This document shows, in pieces, positions 18,201-26,356 of a DNA stretch of 64,000 nt. Source of the DNA: an uncultured Gammaproteobacteria bacterium (lineage in GTDB: Bacteria > Patescibacteriota > Patescibacteriia > Patescibacteriales > UBA12465); the NCBI GenBank assembly GCA_964408775.1, contig CAYPAP010000001.1, forward strand, positions 353,839 to 417,838, read 5' to 3'. Below the pieces are notes generated by a model. It did not search any database. It saw nothing but the letters and a program-made list of their open reading frames with translations, and was not told the origin of the DNA. How positions within the stretch are numbered: the first letter of the stretch is position 1; the number at the start of each line of letters is the position of its first letter. Position numbers and translations under genes: made by a program.

Positions 18201-20557
18201 CTTGCGGAGTGAGTGCTGTAGCTGGCGCTACAAATGCAGACTTTGGTTTATGCTCTGGCTGTGCTTCAGCCGGAACAGATACCGCCACCAGAGACTTGGC
18301 TTGTAATTGTGCTACCGTTTCCGGGCAATACTGCGAAGTAAGTGCCCAATATGAAAAAGGTGTTTGTTTGGATTGTACTTCTTTAGGGGTGGACGCTTGT
18401 ACAGCGCATCCGTCCACATGTTGTTGGGATGAGCAGGCTAATGATGGCGCTGGTCTTTGTCGCGGAGGAATTAGCGATGATACAGTGTGGGGAGCTAGCA
18501 GCAGTGATATTGGTTATTGCCCATATTATAATTGTGATAGTACTGATCCGACACTATGTAATTCTATACCCGATACAGATGGACAATATCCCAACACTGG
18601 CACTTGTGACACCTCTTGTCGCGAAAATTGTGCTGGAATTGAAAATGAAGAGGTTTGTAAGGAGAAGGACAGTTGTTGTTGGAATTCTACTACTAATGAA
18701 TGTTCGGGTGGGGATAAATATTCCGAAAATCACTCAGATCCAAATTATGGGCTATGCACCTACTTTAATTGCGTAACTCCTAACGAAGCCTGTTCAAAAG
18801 GAACTAGCACAACTCAATACTTAAACCAAAGTGTCTGTGATAGAGACTGTGCCGAAACCTCTTCAGGCTTTGGTCGGTCTTGTTATGTTTATCCAAATGA
18901 AAATAATGTTTGTTCTTTTAATTTGTGCAATAATCTTACCTGTTTGTTAGAAAACGGAAACGAAGGAAATAACACAAGCCCTCCTAGTACTTGCGGAACT
19001 TGCTGTTGCGACCCATTATCCCCCCCTGACCAATGTAGTGCTATAAATTCAAACTTAACTTGCGTAGCAGATAAAGGAATGTGTACCGGCTCTTCTCGTG
19101 GTTTATGTTGTGGCTGTTCTTCTGATCAGGAATGTTCTCCTGACGGAGTAGATCCTACCCAGGTTGGTTGTGGGTTTGACTCTTGCTGTAAAGCCAGACC
19201 TAAAATAGCAACAGACACGAGCAAGGTTGCCGAACTAAGCGTTTCTCCAGAACACACCAGTAATAATACTTGTCGCAATGCTTTAATAGAAATAAACTTT
19301 GATCAAAGAATGGACCCACTAACTCTAGAAGGTAATATTTTATTATTAGAAGAAAGAGATAGTGGGCCATGTCCGTCGGGGACTTATCAAATTAGTTTAG
19401 CAGATGAAATTTACCAGCCCAATAAAAATATTTTTGCTAGAATAAAAAATATTTTCCAAAAATCAATTAACTATATTGCTAAAATAACTGGTAGAACCGC
19501 TGTCGCTGCTCCTAGTGATAGCAAAACTTATTGTGCGGTTTTTGGCTTAGTTGATTTTGAGCATGACACTAGTAATGACAATAAAACTACAGTCTATTTT
19601 AAACCCAATAAATTATTAGAGCCAAGTACTACATATTTCGTAGTTGTAAAAGGAGATGAAGACTTGGACAGCTCTAGTGGTGTTAGAGCTTTTTCCGGGG
19701 TTGGCATGAATGGTCCAGGGTATTATAACGGTAACAGTTGGACGGAGTCCAATAGTACCTCTATTAACTTTGGAGAGGACGAGCTCTTTTATGAAAACTC
19801 ATACATCTGGGACTTTACCACCTTAAGTGTAAATACTACTGGTCAAGGAATTTGTGAGGTTAATTATGTCAAGGTTTCCCCAGAATCATATTTGTTCCAA
19901 ACCACAGAAAATGATATCAATGAAAATGATACTGATCCCGCTCACCCAACATTCAATTCGGTCCGTGATAGGGATACTCAATATACAGCGCAAGCTTATT
20001 CTAGCGATAGCCAACCAATAACACCGACTGATAATTATGATTGGACCTGGGAGTGGGAAATTGTTAAGACTGATAAATTTAGTTTTGCTTCAAATCCTTC
20101 GGGCTGGTCTGATAGTAGTGATAGAAGATTGGTTCGTGTTAATGATGGGGTCGCCGAAGGTAATTCTGATATTAAAGCTAAAGTTATAATGGCCACTTCT
20201 ACCAATATAACCTCTGTTGGAGATAGTACTACTGGCACAGCCAATGCCCATGTCTTAATCTGTCGTAATCCTTGGCCCGAATTTGATGGTAATGGTTTAT
20301 GGCATCCTTGGACAGACGATAATCAACCATCCGGCACCAGTTCATTCAACTATGAGCTTTATTATTGTCGAGATCACGGCTCTGATGGAATAGGAGACGA
20401 TCTTCCAGGGCTTGATCCGGATGCGATATTTAAGGGCGGAAGTTCAATTAAAGTTTGTAGTAATAACCCCTTTAAGTCTTGTTCTGCAAACACCGATTGC
20501 CCCGGTGGTTTGTGTTTAAGCAGTTTCTTAAAAGAAACATATTTTTTCAGAGATTAA
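15251..20557 (+). CDS. Giant (1768 aa) Cys-rich surface protein on a TrbC/VirB2-like two-helix anchor
   Basis: Signal peptide (..TSSVFA|GD), then the helix-loop-helix AAQIINVALGLLAIIAVVIVIYGGFVWMTSDGNEEKVNRAKGILKAGVIGLVIILASWGIASF. About 120 Cys by hand count, in repeats such as CNPNHGLTCDPNSCEC. IPT/TIG-like segments (ITGFSPLGG.., ISDFTPKEGNKGQYVTMFGIGF, CKISPKSGPQNSPVYLWGEYFG). Confidence 0.8.
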   Translation: MFNKKNKFQRFFVVFFISLLLGSVFLFTSSVFAGDVFGTDLVEGEINLEGTDPRSMAAQIINVALGLLAIIAVVIVIYGGFVWMTSDGNEEKVNRAKGILKAGVIGLVIILASWGIASFVLSQLGGATGVVNVACVDNDVRACGCNGVSTCLNGEWGSCLGSDCNPGGPGSSCYDPNEALSVCSSVTICNSGLICDDCECKYPGEGDSCGDIINNTCSPDNADCSNPNLFCDATSCTCEVSASNNYSELGDPCSDGGTCTANNPTCNPNHGLTCDPNSCECVGSPVITGFSPLGGFCNNNVDSPCSKDSDCGSGNTCNFTTPNASAGNFFTILGYNFNDYSSGSSTVSFISESGTSTIALDPSVVNNNCSNSWTNTSITVALPTTTPFNSGDDLRVEVITKNGDSYNSSDNTQLSLVKWNDISRPGICNINKASAKLNESINYSGINLLNGQAYFGNNINNVLAYAPQVFNSNTSGVAHVPNLSAGKTSTFVQKTYNSIPIFSNFLDFDKEAEAPQGPSISDFTPKEGNKGQYVTMFGIGFNDFKGDSMIKFETEASDYDASFDFPAVCSHSTWSDTQIVFKVPDNIIKGNYKLSLYTKDNEPVTTNDYFNVNTQLTLAPGLCKISPKSGPQNSPVYLWGEYFGSNPSVVFNINKTSATSAVSEEDGADKILTTVSDDAITGPVVVKRDATSSNSLNFSVASCSSNSDCGSEYCCLPGTSFAGACVTNLSACFSDTPDSSFFQWGFTTGFSTTTPPDDPDDIYSCASYNFCPTDNWTCPNMPGLCSPYNATDRFIEVADCKSDCSNFDFCATPNSCSYDSSIDKCVLSGSSVECSLGKKVEYNLGYGTTTKTAICKNYRIPNTANDERQYFEITVDTLCPTIDGVLWSLVPGTNNKCINAEFGVASSTCSLCPAGATCQSENSGDEIGFCASPKVCPGNATCDNNNKCVKPDISSCQCCCEKSENLNPGPGNPACCYPLTCDSSCGVSAVAGATNADFGLCSGCASAGTDTATRDLACNCATVSGQYCEVSAQYEKGVCLDCTSLGVDACTAHPSTCCWDEQANDGAGLCRGGISDDTVWGASSSDIGYCPYYNCDSTDPTLCNSIPDTDGQYPNTGTCDTSCRENCAGIENEEVCKEKDSCCWNSTTNECSGGDKYSENHSDPNYGLCTYFNCVTPNEACSKGTSTTQYLNQSVCDRDCAETSSGFGRSCYVYPNENNVCSFNLCNNLTCLLENGNEGNNTSPPSTCGTCCCDPLSPPDQCSAINSNLTCVADKGMCTGSSRGLCCGCSSDQECSPDGVDPTQVGCGFDSCCKARPKIATDTSKVAELSVSPEHTSNNTCRNALIEINFDQRMDPLTLEGNILLLEERDSGPCPSGTYQISLADEIYQPNKNIFARIKNIFQKSINYIAKITGRTAVAAPSDSKTYCAVFGLVDFEHDTSNDNKTTVYFKPNKLLEPSTTYFVVVKGDEDLDSSSGVRAFSGVGMNGPGYYNGNSWTESNSTSINFGEDELFYENSYIWDFTTLSVNTTGQGICEVNYVKVSPESYLFQTTENDINENDTDPAHPTFNSVRDRDTQYTAQAYSSDSQPITPTDNYDWTWEWEIVKTDKFSFASNPSGWSDSSDRRLVRVNDGVAEGNSDIKAKVIMATSTNITSVGDSTTGTANAHVLICRNPWPEFDGNGLWHPWTDDNQPSGTSSFNYELYYCRDHGSDGIGDDLPGLDPDAIFKGGSSIKVCSNNPFKSCSANTDCPGGLCLSSFLKETYFFRD

Positions 20558-20592
20558 ATCAGATTTATTTTGTATAAAATAAAAGTAAAAAA

Positions 20593-23487
20593 ATGAAAGT
20601 TAAAAATATTACTCTAAAAAAATTAATTTTAGCCAATGTTTTTTTGTTGACTCTAATTTTTGGTTTTTTATTTTTTAAACATACCAATGTCTCAGCGGAT
20701 CAACCACTTTCCGATGCCATTGCTATTAGAGTAATACCAAACCCCAATCACTTTAGTGCCCAGAGGTGGTATCAGTCTCAGGGGTTTACTGGCTCTCCGC
20801 AATCTTTATTGGTAGATGGCTATAAGGCGGTACGTGATGGCCGAACAGTTTACGTTTCTGCTACTAATATTAACAGTAGTGACTTTTATACTAATATTTA
20901 TTTAATATCATATAATCAAGCAGCTGATTTCCAAACCGTTGATATTTTTGGTCGGATATTAGAAAATTGGAAATTTAATACTAACCTAAGCTCATCACTG
21001 GCTATCGGTGATTGCAAAATATCAAAGAAAAGTTGTTATGAGGACTCTGATTGTCCAGCAGGTTATTATTGCCAAACAACTTCAGGAGGGGTGCAACTTA
21101 ATAAGTGTCTTTTTGATGATAGCGCCACAGGAGTAGAAACCCCTAGTTGTATTATAGACTCAGATTGTCCGGGGGATTTGTTTTGCGATGGCCTAAAAGC
21201 AAAAATTATTCGCGATCTAGATCGTTTAGAAAAAATCATGACCATTAAGGAAAAATTAGCAGAATATAATCAAAGAAATGGAAACTACCCTATTTTAGGG
21301 GCAGGCACCTATTTATCTCACGTGGCTGTTTCTACTTGGCCTAGCTGGCAAAATTCTTTTTTAAGTCAAGTTGGGGTTAGCAGTGCTCTGGATCCAATAA
21401 ACAAATTAGGCTCTTGCGCTGACTTAGATAAAAAATTTAACTTAGACACCTGTTGGAACGCAGTTGATAACGTTTTTGCCACTAGCAGTAACAATATTAA
21501 CCATTCTAATTTTATGTTACCGGCTGACAGTTATGCGATGGCTTATACCACCAACCCCAATGGTTCAGACTATAAGTTGTGTGCCACCATGGAAACAACC
21601 GGGTATCAAATAACAGATGGAGCTTTAAATAGCAATAGTTGTTCAATGGCTTCTGCTGTTGGGAATATTGGTCTAATAGGAAATAATGTAAATAATGCTC
21701 CCTATATTTCCGAAAGTGTTTTAACAGGTCAGAGTGGCCAAGAATTTAGGGGTTTTGTTAGGGCAATTGATCCCGAGGGGCATCCCTTTACTTGGAATCA
21801 TAGCTTCAGCACAACTTTTACTGGTTGGTCAGGTGTTCTCCAACTTTTAAATACTAATAATCCTAACCAAAAAATGATATATGCTAGCAATGCTGGAGAC
21901 TCTGGAACCTATTCTTTTTCTTTAACTCTTACGGATTCTTTAGGATCTTCCAGCACCGAAACCTTGACTATAAACATAACCAATACAGGACCACAAATTA
22001 TCGGAGGAAATGCTACTCATAACATCAGTTATGGAGCAGATTTTTTAAATGTTATCAATATTAATTCAGAAAATGCCTTAGATCCAATAACAGTTTGCAA
22101 ATCCGATTCTTCGGGTAATTGTTCTTCTTCTCCTGCTACTTTTACTATTCCACAACAAATAGGCAGCTCTTGCTCTGAATTAAGTATAGGCGGTCCCTTT
22201 GAAGCTTGTTTGGTCAAAATCGCCACCGGAAAATATGAGCTAAGAATGTCTAGTAATTCCACATTCACATCCTCGGGATCGTTAACCACAGGAGATCATT
22301 ATTATAAAATTACAGCGGTTGATGAATATAATGGGACAACCTCTATGATTGTAAAAATAGAAATTACTGCGAATCCTCCTATCATAAACTTTAACAATTG
22401 TCTTAAAGTGGTTAACTTGGGAGATTATTACGAATGCCCATTAAAAACAGATAATTATTCCAGTAGCACCATAACTTTTTCTACTACCACCACTTCGCTG
22501 CCAAAGGGATTGGTTTTAGACACTTCAGATGACACGATAAAAGGGTATTTATTAGAGCTGGGTTCGCACGAGACAGAAGTCGAGGCTACTCATACAACAT
22601 ATAACTCAGTAAACTCAGTCAGTCGTTTTACATTAAATGTTACCTCTGATTGCGGTAATTATACCGTTCAACATCCTGGGGGTCCTTGGAATTACTCTGG
22701 CACAGCCAGAAATCACTCTGGTTATTATCGAACGGTTCTAATAGGAAACCAATGTTGGCTGCAGGACAACTTAAATCTAGGCACCCAGGTCCCAGCGACA
22801 ACTACTACTAACAATTTCAATAATGAATTAACAGAGAAATATTGTTACGATAATGACTCTATAAATTGTGATATTTATGGTGGTCTTTATAATTTTACTG
22901 AAACTATGGATATCGAGAAAAGTTGTCTGAACAGTTCGACTGGTGATTGTACAGGTTACGATCTGGAGGGAATTTGTCCCCCCGGCTGGAGAGTCCCAAC
23001 TGATAGCGATTGGTATGCCCTAGAGAATGGCTTAACGGATGTAAATTGTACCTCTACTAGGGCAGGGACAATTAACACTAGTGGAGTTATCTCAGCAAAC
23101 GCTTGGTCCTGTTCTCCTGCTGGAGAGGCTTTAAAATCATCTGGTTTATCTAATTTTAAAGCTTTATTAATAAATTATTTAGATTATAGCAACAGTGTAA
23201 TACCCTTTAAAACTCCTTTTGATCAATACGCTAATTTTCGAACCTCTACTTATGCAAACAACAACAACGCTTATTCAAGACATATAGAAAAAGGTAGTAG
23301 CAAAAAGGAAATAGCCAGAGTTTCCAGCTCTAAAAGTAACGGCTATTCAGTCCGCTGTATTAAAGATTCCAAGCAATGTTTAGAAAATTCAGATTGCCCG
23401 ACGGACCATACTTGCTCCTCACAAAATATTTGTGTTCAAGCAAGTGGATCTCCACAACGAGCAAGCACAACGGGAGCTTCTATTTAG
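20593..23487 (+). CDS. Secreted multidomain protein: pilin-head-like module, Ig/cadherin-like repeats, C-terminal Fib_succ_major-type domain
   Basis: N-terminal signal/anchor. C-x2-DSDCP knots. IIRDLDRLEKIMTIKEKLAEYNQRNGNYP resembles the pilin helix of 5703..6200. GTYSFSLTLTDSLGSSSTETLTINITN is Ig-like. Region 22651-23367 reads CGNYTV..IGNQCWLQDNLN..YGGLYNF..CPPGWRVPTDSDW..GYSVRCIKD. Confidence 0.75.
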   Translation: MKVKNITLKKLILANVFLLTLIFGFLFFKHTNVSADQPLSDAIAIRVIPNPNHFSAQRWYQSQGFTGSPQSLLVDGYKAVRDGRTVYVSATNINSSDFYTNIYLISYNQAADFQTVDIFGRILENWKFNTNLSSSLAIGDCKISKKSCYEDSDCPAGYYCQTTSGGVQLNKCLFDDSATGVETPSCIIDSDCPGDLFCDGLKAKIIRDLDRLEKIMTIKEKLAEYNQRNGNYPILGAGTYLSHVAVSTWPSWQNSFLSQVGVSSALDPINKLGSCADLDKKFNLDTCWNAVDNVFATSSNNINHSNFMLPADSYAMAYTTNPNGSDYKLCATMETTGYQITDGALNSNSCSMASAVGNIGLIGNNVNNAPYISESVLTGQSGQEFRGFVRAIDPEGHPFTWNHSFSTTFTGWSGVLQLLNTNNPNQKMIYASNAGDSGTYSFSLTLTDSLGSSSTETLTINITNTGPQIIGGNATHNISYGADFLNVININSENALDPITVCKSDSSGNCSSSPATFTIPQQIGSSCSELSIGGPFEACLVKIATGKYELRMSSNSTFTSSGSLTTGDHYYKITAVDEYNGTTSMIVKIEITANPPIINFNNCLKVVNLGDYYECPLKTDNYSSSTITFSTTTTSLPKGLVLDTSDDTIKGYLLELGSHETEVEATHTTYNSVNSVSRFTLNVTSDCGNYTVQHPGGPWNYSGTARNHSGYYRTVLIGNQCWLQDNLNLGTQVPATTTTNNFNNELTEKYCYDNDSINCDIYGGLYNFTETMDIEKSCLNSSTGDCTGYDLEGICPPGWRVPTDSDWYALENGLTDVNCTSTRAGTINTSGVISANAWSCSPAGEALKSSGLSNFKALLINYLDYSNSVIPFKTPFDQYANFRTSTYANNNNAYSRHIEKGSSKKEIARVSSSKSNGYSVRCIKDSKQCLENSDCPTDHTCSSQNICVQASGSPQRASTTGASI

Positions 23488-23612
23488 TAAGTAAAATTTT
23501 TTGCTTTTTATTTCTAGTATGTTATAATTTTAGTATAAAAATCTAAGCTTACAATTTATTATTTTTATTAGTTTAGTTCATTCATTTCTATTAAGTATTA
23601 AAAATAAAAATT

Positions 23613-24410
23613 ATGTTTGAAAATTTAAAAAAAGAAGAAAATAATATTGATGATATTTTTGCTGAAACTGATAAATCAGACGATTTGTCTTCAGTTAAGC
23701 CAGAAGCTTCTCTTGAAAGACCAGGCACACCCTCCGCTGGTCAGCCTCTAATGTCAAAACCAGATATTCAGGGAGAGAGGATTGATAAAAAGTCAGGAGA
23801 GGATTTTTCTGATTTTTCCGACGATGATAGTGGTCCTAAAAAAACTTTAAAAAAACTTTTCATAGTTATTATAATTTTGGTCATTATTGGAATAATTGCT
23901 TATTTTGTTTATGCTAAAATTTTAGCCCCCCGAGCTTTAAATAATAATCTAAATCCTAATAATAGCGCGGAAAATTTACTTGGAAATGTAGAGTCAAATA
24001 CTCCCGTGGCTGAAAAAACAGAAGAGGATAATCTTCCGGTCGAAGTAGAAGACGAGCCTGTTATTGAGATAATAGAAGAAGAGGAGGAAGATTTGGAAAT
24101 ACTAAAAAATATTGACACTGACAAAGATGGCATAAGCGACTACGATGAAATGTATGTTCACTTCACAGACCCTTTTGTTTCAGACACTGACAGCGATGAA
24201 TTGAGCGATTATGAGGAGCTTTTTATTATTGGTACCGACCCCTTAAATTCAGATACTGATGGAGACGCTTATTTTGATGGGCAAGAAATATTTTCTTGTT
24301 ATAATCCATTGGGAGACGGAGCCATTGATATCAGCCTTTTTATTGACTCTGAGTCTTTTGTTGAAACATTTCCTGAACTTGTGGAAAAATGTGATTTAAT
24401 TATTCAGTAA
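23613..24410 (+). CDS. Single-pass membrane protein with acidic linker and thrombospondin-type-3-like Ca-binding repeats
   Basis: TM helix LFIVIIILVIIGIIAYFVYA, followed by DTDKDGISDYDE, DTDSDELSDYEE and DTDGDAYFDGQE. Confidence 0.65.
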   Translation: MFENLKKEENNIDDIFAETDKSDDLSSVKPEASLERPGTPSAGQPLMSKPDIQGERIDKKSGEDFSDFSDDDSGPKKTLKKLFIVIIILVIIGIIAYFVYAKILAPRALNNNLNPNNSAENLLGNVESNTPVAEKTEEDNLPVEVEDEPVIEIIEEEEEDLEILKNIDTDKDGISDYDEMYVHFTDPFVSDTDSDELSDYEELFIIGTDPLNSDTDGDAYFDGQEIFSCYNPLGDGAIDISLFIDSESFVETFPELVEKCDLIIQ

Positions 24411-24419
24411 AAATAAAAA

Positions 24420-25499
24420 ATGAAAAAAGAAAATTTAAAAGAACAAAATAAACCAATCTCTTTAGAGGAGGAACCGTCTTTTGATATTCATAAGATGCCA
24501 AAAGGTTATAAGGTTGGCCGTTTTGAATTGGACAATAATACCTCAAACAAAGGTGATAATGATTCCAAAAAATCTTCTACTAATTCTTCGTGGGATAATA
24601 AAAAGATTGGAGTTTTAATAGTATCTCTAGGAGTGGTTGTTGTTTTATTTTTGGGCTACTTAATATTTTCTTATATCGGTAACCCAGATTTTTCTTTAGC
24701 TGGACTTTTTAAGTTTAATAATAAAGTTCCTCAGGAAACTCAAGTTACTCCATCCCCATCCCCATCCTCAACGCCGACCCCTCCTTTAAATAATATAGAA
24801 ACCGATACTCCTCCGGAAGAAGATGTTTTCCCGGAAGAAGACCCTGCTTTAGAAGAAGATTTAATCCCGGAAGAAGATGAGGGAAGCATCGACGATGAAG
24901 ACACTCTCGAAAATGACATTGACGACATTAATGATATTATCGAAAGTTTTGTCGATAGTGACGAGGACGGCCTAAGCGATGATGAGGAGATTATTTTGGG
25001 AACAGATTTTTCTAGATCAGACTCCGATGGAGATGGTTATGATGATTCAACAGAAATTTTAAATCTATATAATCCTGTTGGCGACGGTCTTTTAAGTGAA
25101 AATGAAAATATCGCTATGTATAAAAACGAGCCCTTCAATTATTCAATTTTTCATCCAGTCTCTTGGGAAAAAAGTGTCTTAAGTGATGAATCTTCAATTA
25201 TTTTTTCAATCAATGAAAGCTCTTTTATACAAATTTTAGTAGAAAAGAGTGATCCGCAAGTGGACATTGAAAGTTGGTACACTTCTAGATTTTTTAAGAC
25301 AGTAGAGCCATCTTATCTTGTTGAAAAAAATGGTTGGACAGGTGTTTATAGCGAAGATGGGCTAGCACTTTATTTGTCAGATGGAGTAGAGGATAATATC
25401 TACACTATTTTATACAGCTCTCCAGAAAATCAACCCTTAATTTATATAAATATTTTCAAAATGATAGTCAATTCTTTTTTAGCCGAGCTAAGTGATTAA
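24420..25499 (+). CDS. Paralogous single-pass membrane protein with P/E-rich linker, TSP3-like repeats and a C-terminal globular domain
   Basis: TM helix IGVLIVSLGVVVVLFLGYLIF, a PSPSPSSTPTPP and PEEDxxPEED linker, then DSDEDGLSDDEE and DSDGDGYDDSTE. Confidence 0.65.
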   Translation: MKKENLKEQNKPISLEEEPSFDIHKMPKGYKVGRFELDNNTSNKGDNDSKKSSTNSSWDNKKIGVLIVSLGVVVVLFLGYLIFSYIGNPDFSLAGLFKFNNKVPQETQVTPSPSPSSTPTPPLNNIETDTPPEEDVFPEEDPALEEDLIPEEDEGSIDDEDTLENDIDDINDIIESFVDSDEDGLSDDEEIILGTDFSRSDSDGDGYDDSTEILNLYNPVGDGLLSENENIAMYKNEPFNYSIFHPVSWEKSVLSDESSIIFSINESSFIQILVEKSDPQVDIESWYTSRFFKTVEPSYLVEKNGWTGVYSEDGLALYLSDGVEDNIYTILYSSPENQPLIYINIFKMIVNSFLAELSD

Positions 25500-25514
25500 A
25501 ATAATTATTTAAAA

Positions 25515-25549
25515 AATAAAAAAGGAGTCGAGATAATGGCTCCTTTTTA
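25515..25549. terminator. Bidirectional terminator between convergent genes
   Basis: Stem AAAGGAGTC / GGCTCCTTT (one G-T pair) with loop GAGATAAT, flanked by an A-run and a T-run. Confidence 0.6.
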
Positions 25550-25565
25550 AATATAGAAAATCAAT

Positions 25566-26144
25566 TTATTTAGTAATTATTTTGTCTATAATTCCGTATT
25601 TCTTTGCCTCTTCGGCGCTCATAAAGTAGTCTCTATCACTATCTTTTTCAATATCAGCAAGTTTTCTTCCGGAATGCTTAGCTAATATTTTGTTCATTTT
25701 ATCTTTTATTTTTAGAATATGCTCGGCGTGTATTTTTATATCACTCGCCTGCCCTTCGAAACCACCCATGACCTGGTGTATCATTATTTCACTGTTTGGT
25801 AGAGCTAATCTTTTTCCAGGGGCTCCAGAAGCTAAAAGGGTGGAGGCCATAGAAGCGGCTAATCCCACACAAATAGTAGAAACATCACACTTTATATATT
25901 GCATGGTATCATAAATAGCTAGGCCAGAAACCACTGACCCTCCGGGGGAGTTAATATAAAACTTGATGTCTTTGTTTTTGTCTTCTGCTTCTAAAAATAA
26001 TAATTGAGCAATAATGATATTGGCAGTATGATCGTTTATAGGCTCTCCTAAAAAGACAATTCTGTCCTTTAAGAGACGGGAGTAGATATCATAAACTCTT
26101 TCACCTTGGCCACTTTTTTCTATTACTGTAGGTATTATAGGCAT
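25566..26144 (-). CDS. clpP: ATP-dependent Clp protease proteolytic subunit
   Basis: Full-length ClpP with [16 protein letters not shown], the active-site Ser region GLAASMAS and the His region MIHQV. Confidence 0.95.
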   Translation of the reverse strand: MPIIPTVIEKSGQGERVYDIYSRLLKDRIVFLGEPINDHTANIIIAQLLFLEAEDKNKDIKFYINSPGGSVVSGLAIYDTMQYIKCDVSTICVGLAASMASTLLASGAPGKRLALPNSEIMIHQVMGGFEGQASDIKIHAEHILKIKDKMNKILAKHSGRKLADIEKDSDRDYFMSAEEAKKYGIIDKIITK

Positions 26145-26356
26145 ATTTTTTAGTATTATTACTTAATTATATAGCGTTTCTTTAAAATATATTATTTAAA
26201 GTACGCTATTTTTTAGTATGATAATATTAGTTAATTTTAATAATATCCATTATATCACATTTTTGTATAAAAATCAACCGCTTTTTACTTGATTTTTATA
26301 TAAAATTGTTTTAAGATTAGTTGAGATTATAATTTATATAAAATATTAAAATTTTT

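Noticed and set aside
15985-20244. Numerous 60-115-aa ORFs antisense to, or out of frame within, the giant gene. The same applies to similar shadow ORFs inside glyA, folD, secDF, ftsAZ, atpAGD, groEL, rpoBC and topA.
   Set aside because: They are fully nested in long, well-supported genes. They have biased low-complexity translations and no independent start or RBS context. These are typical shadow ORFs.
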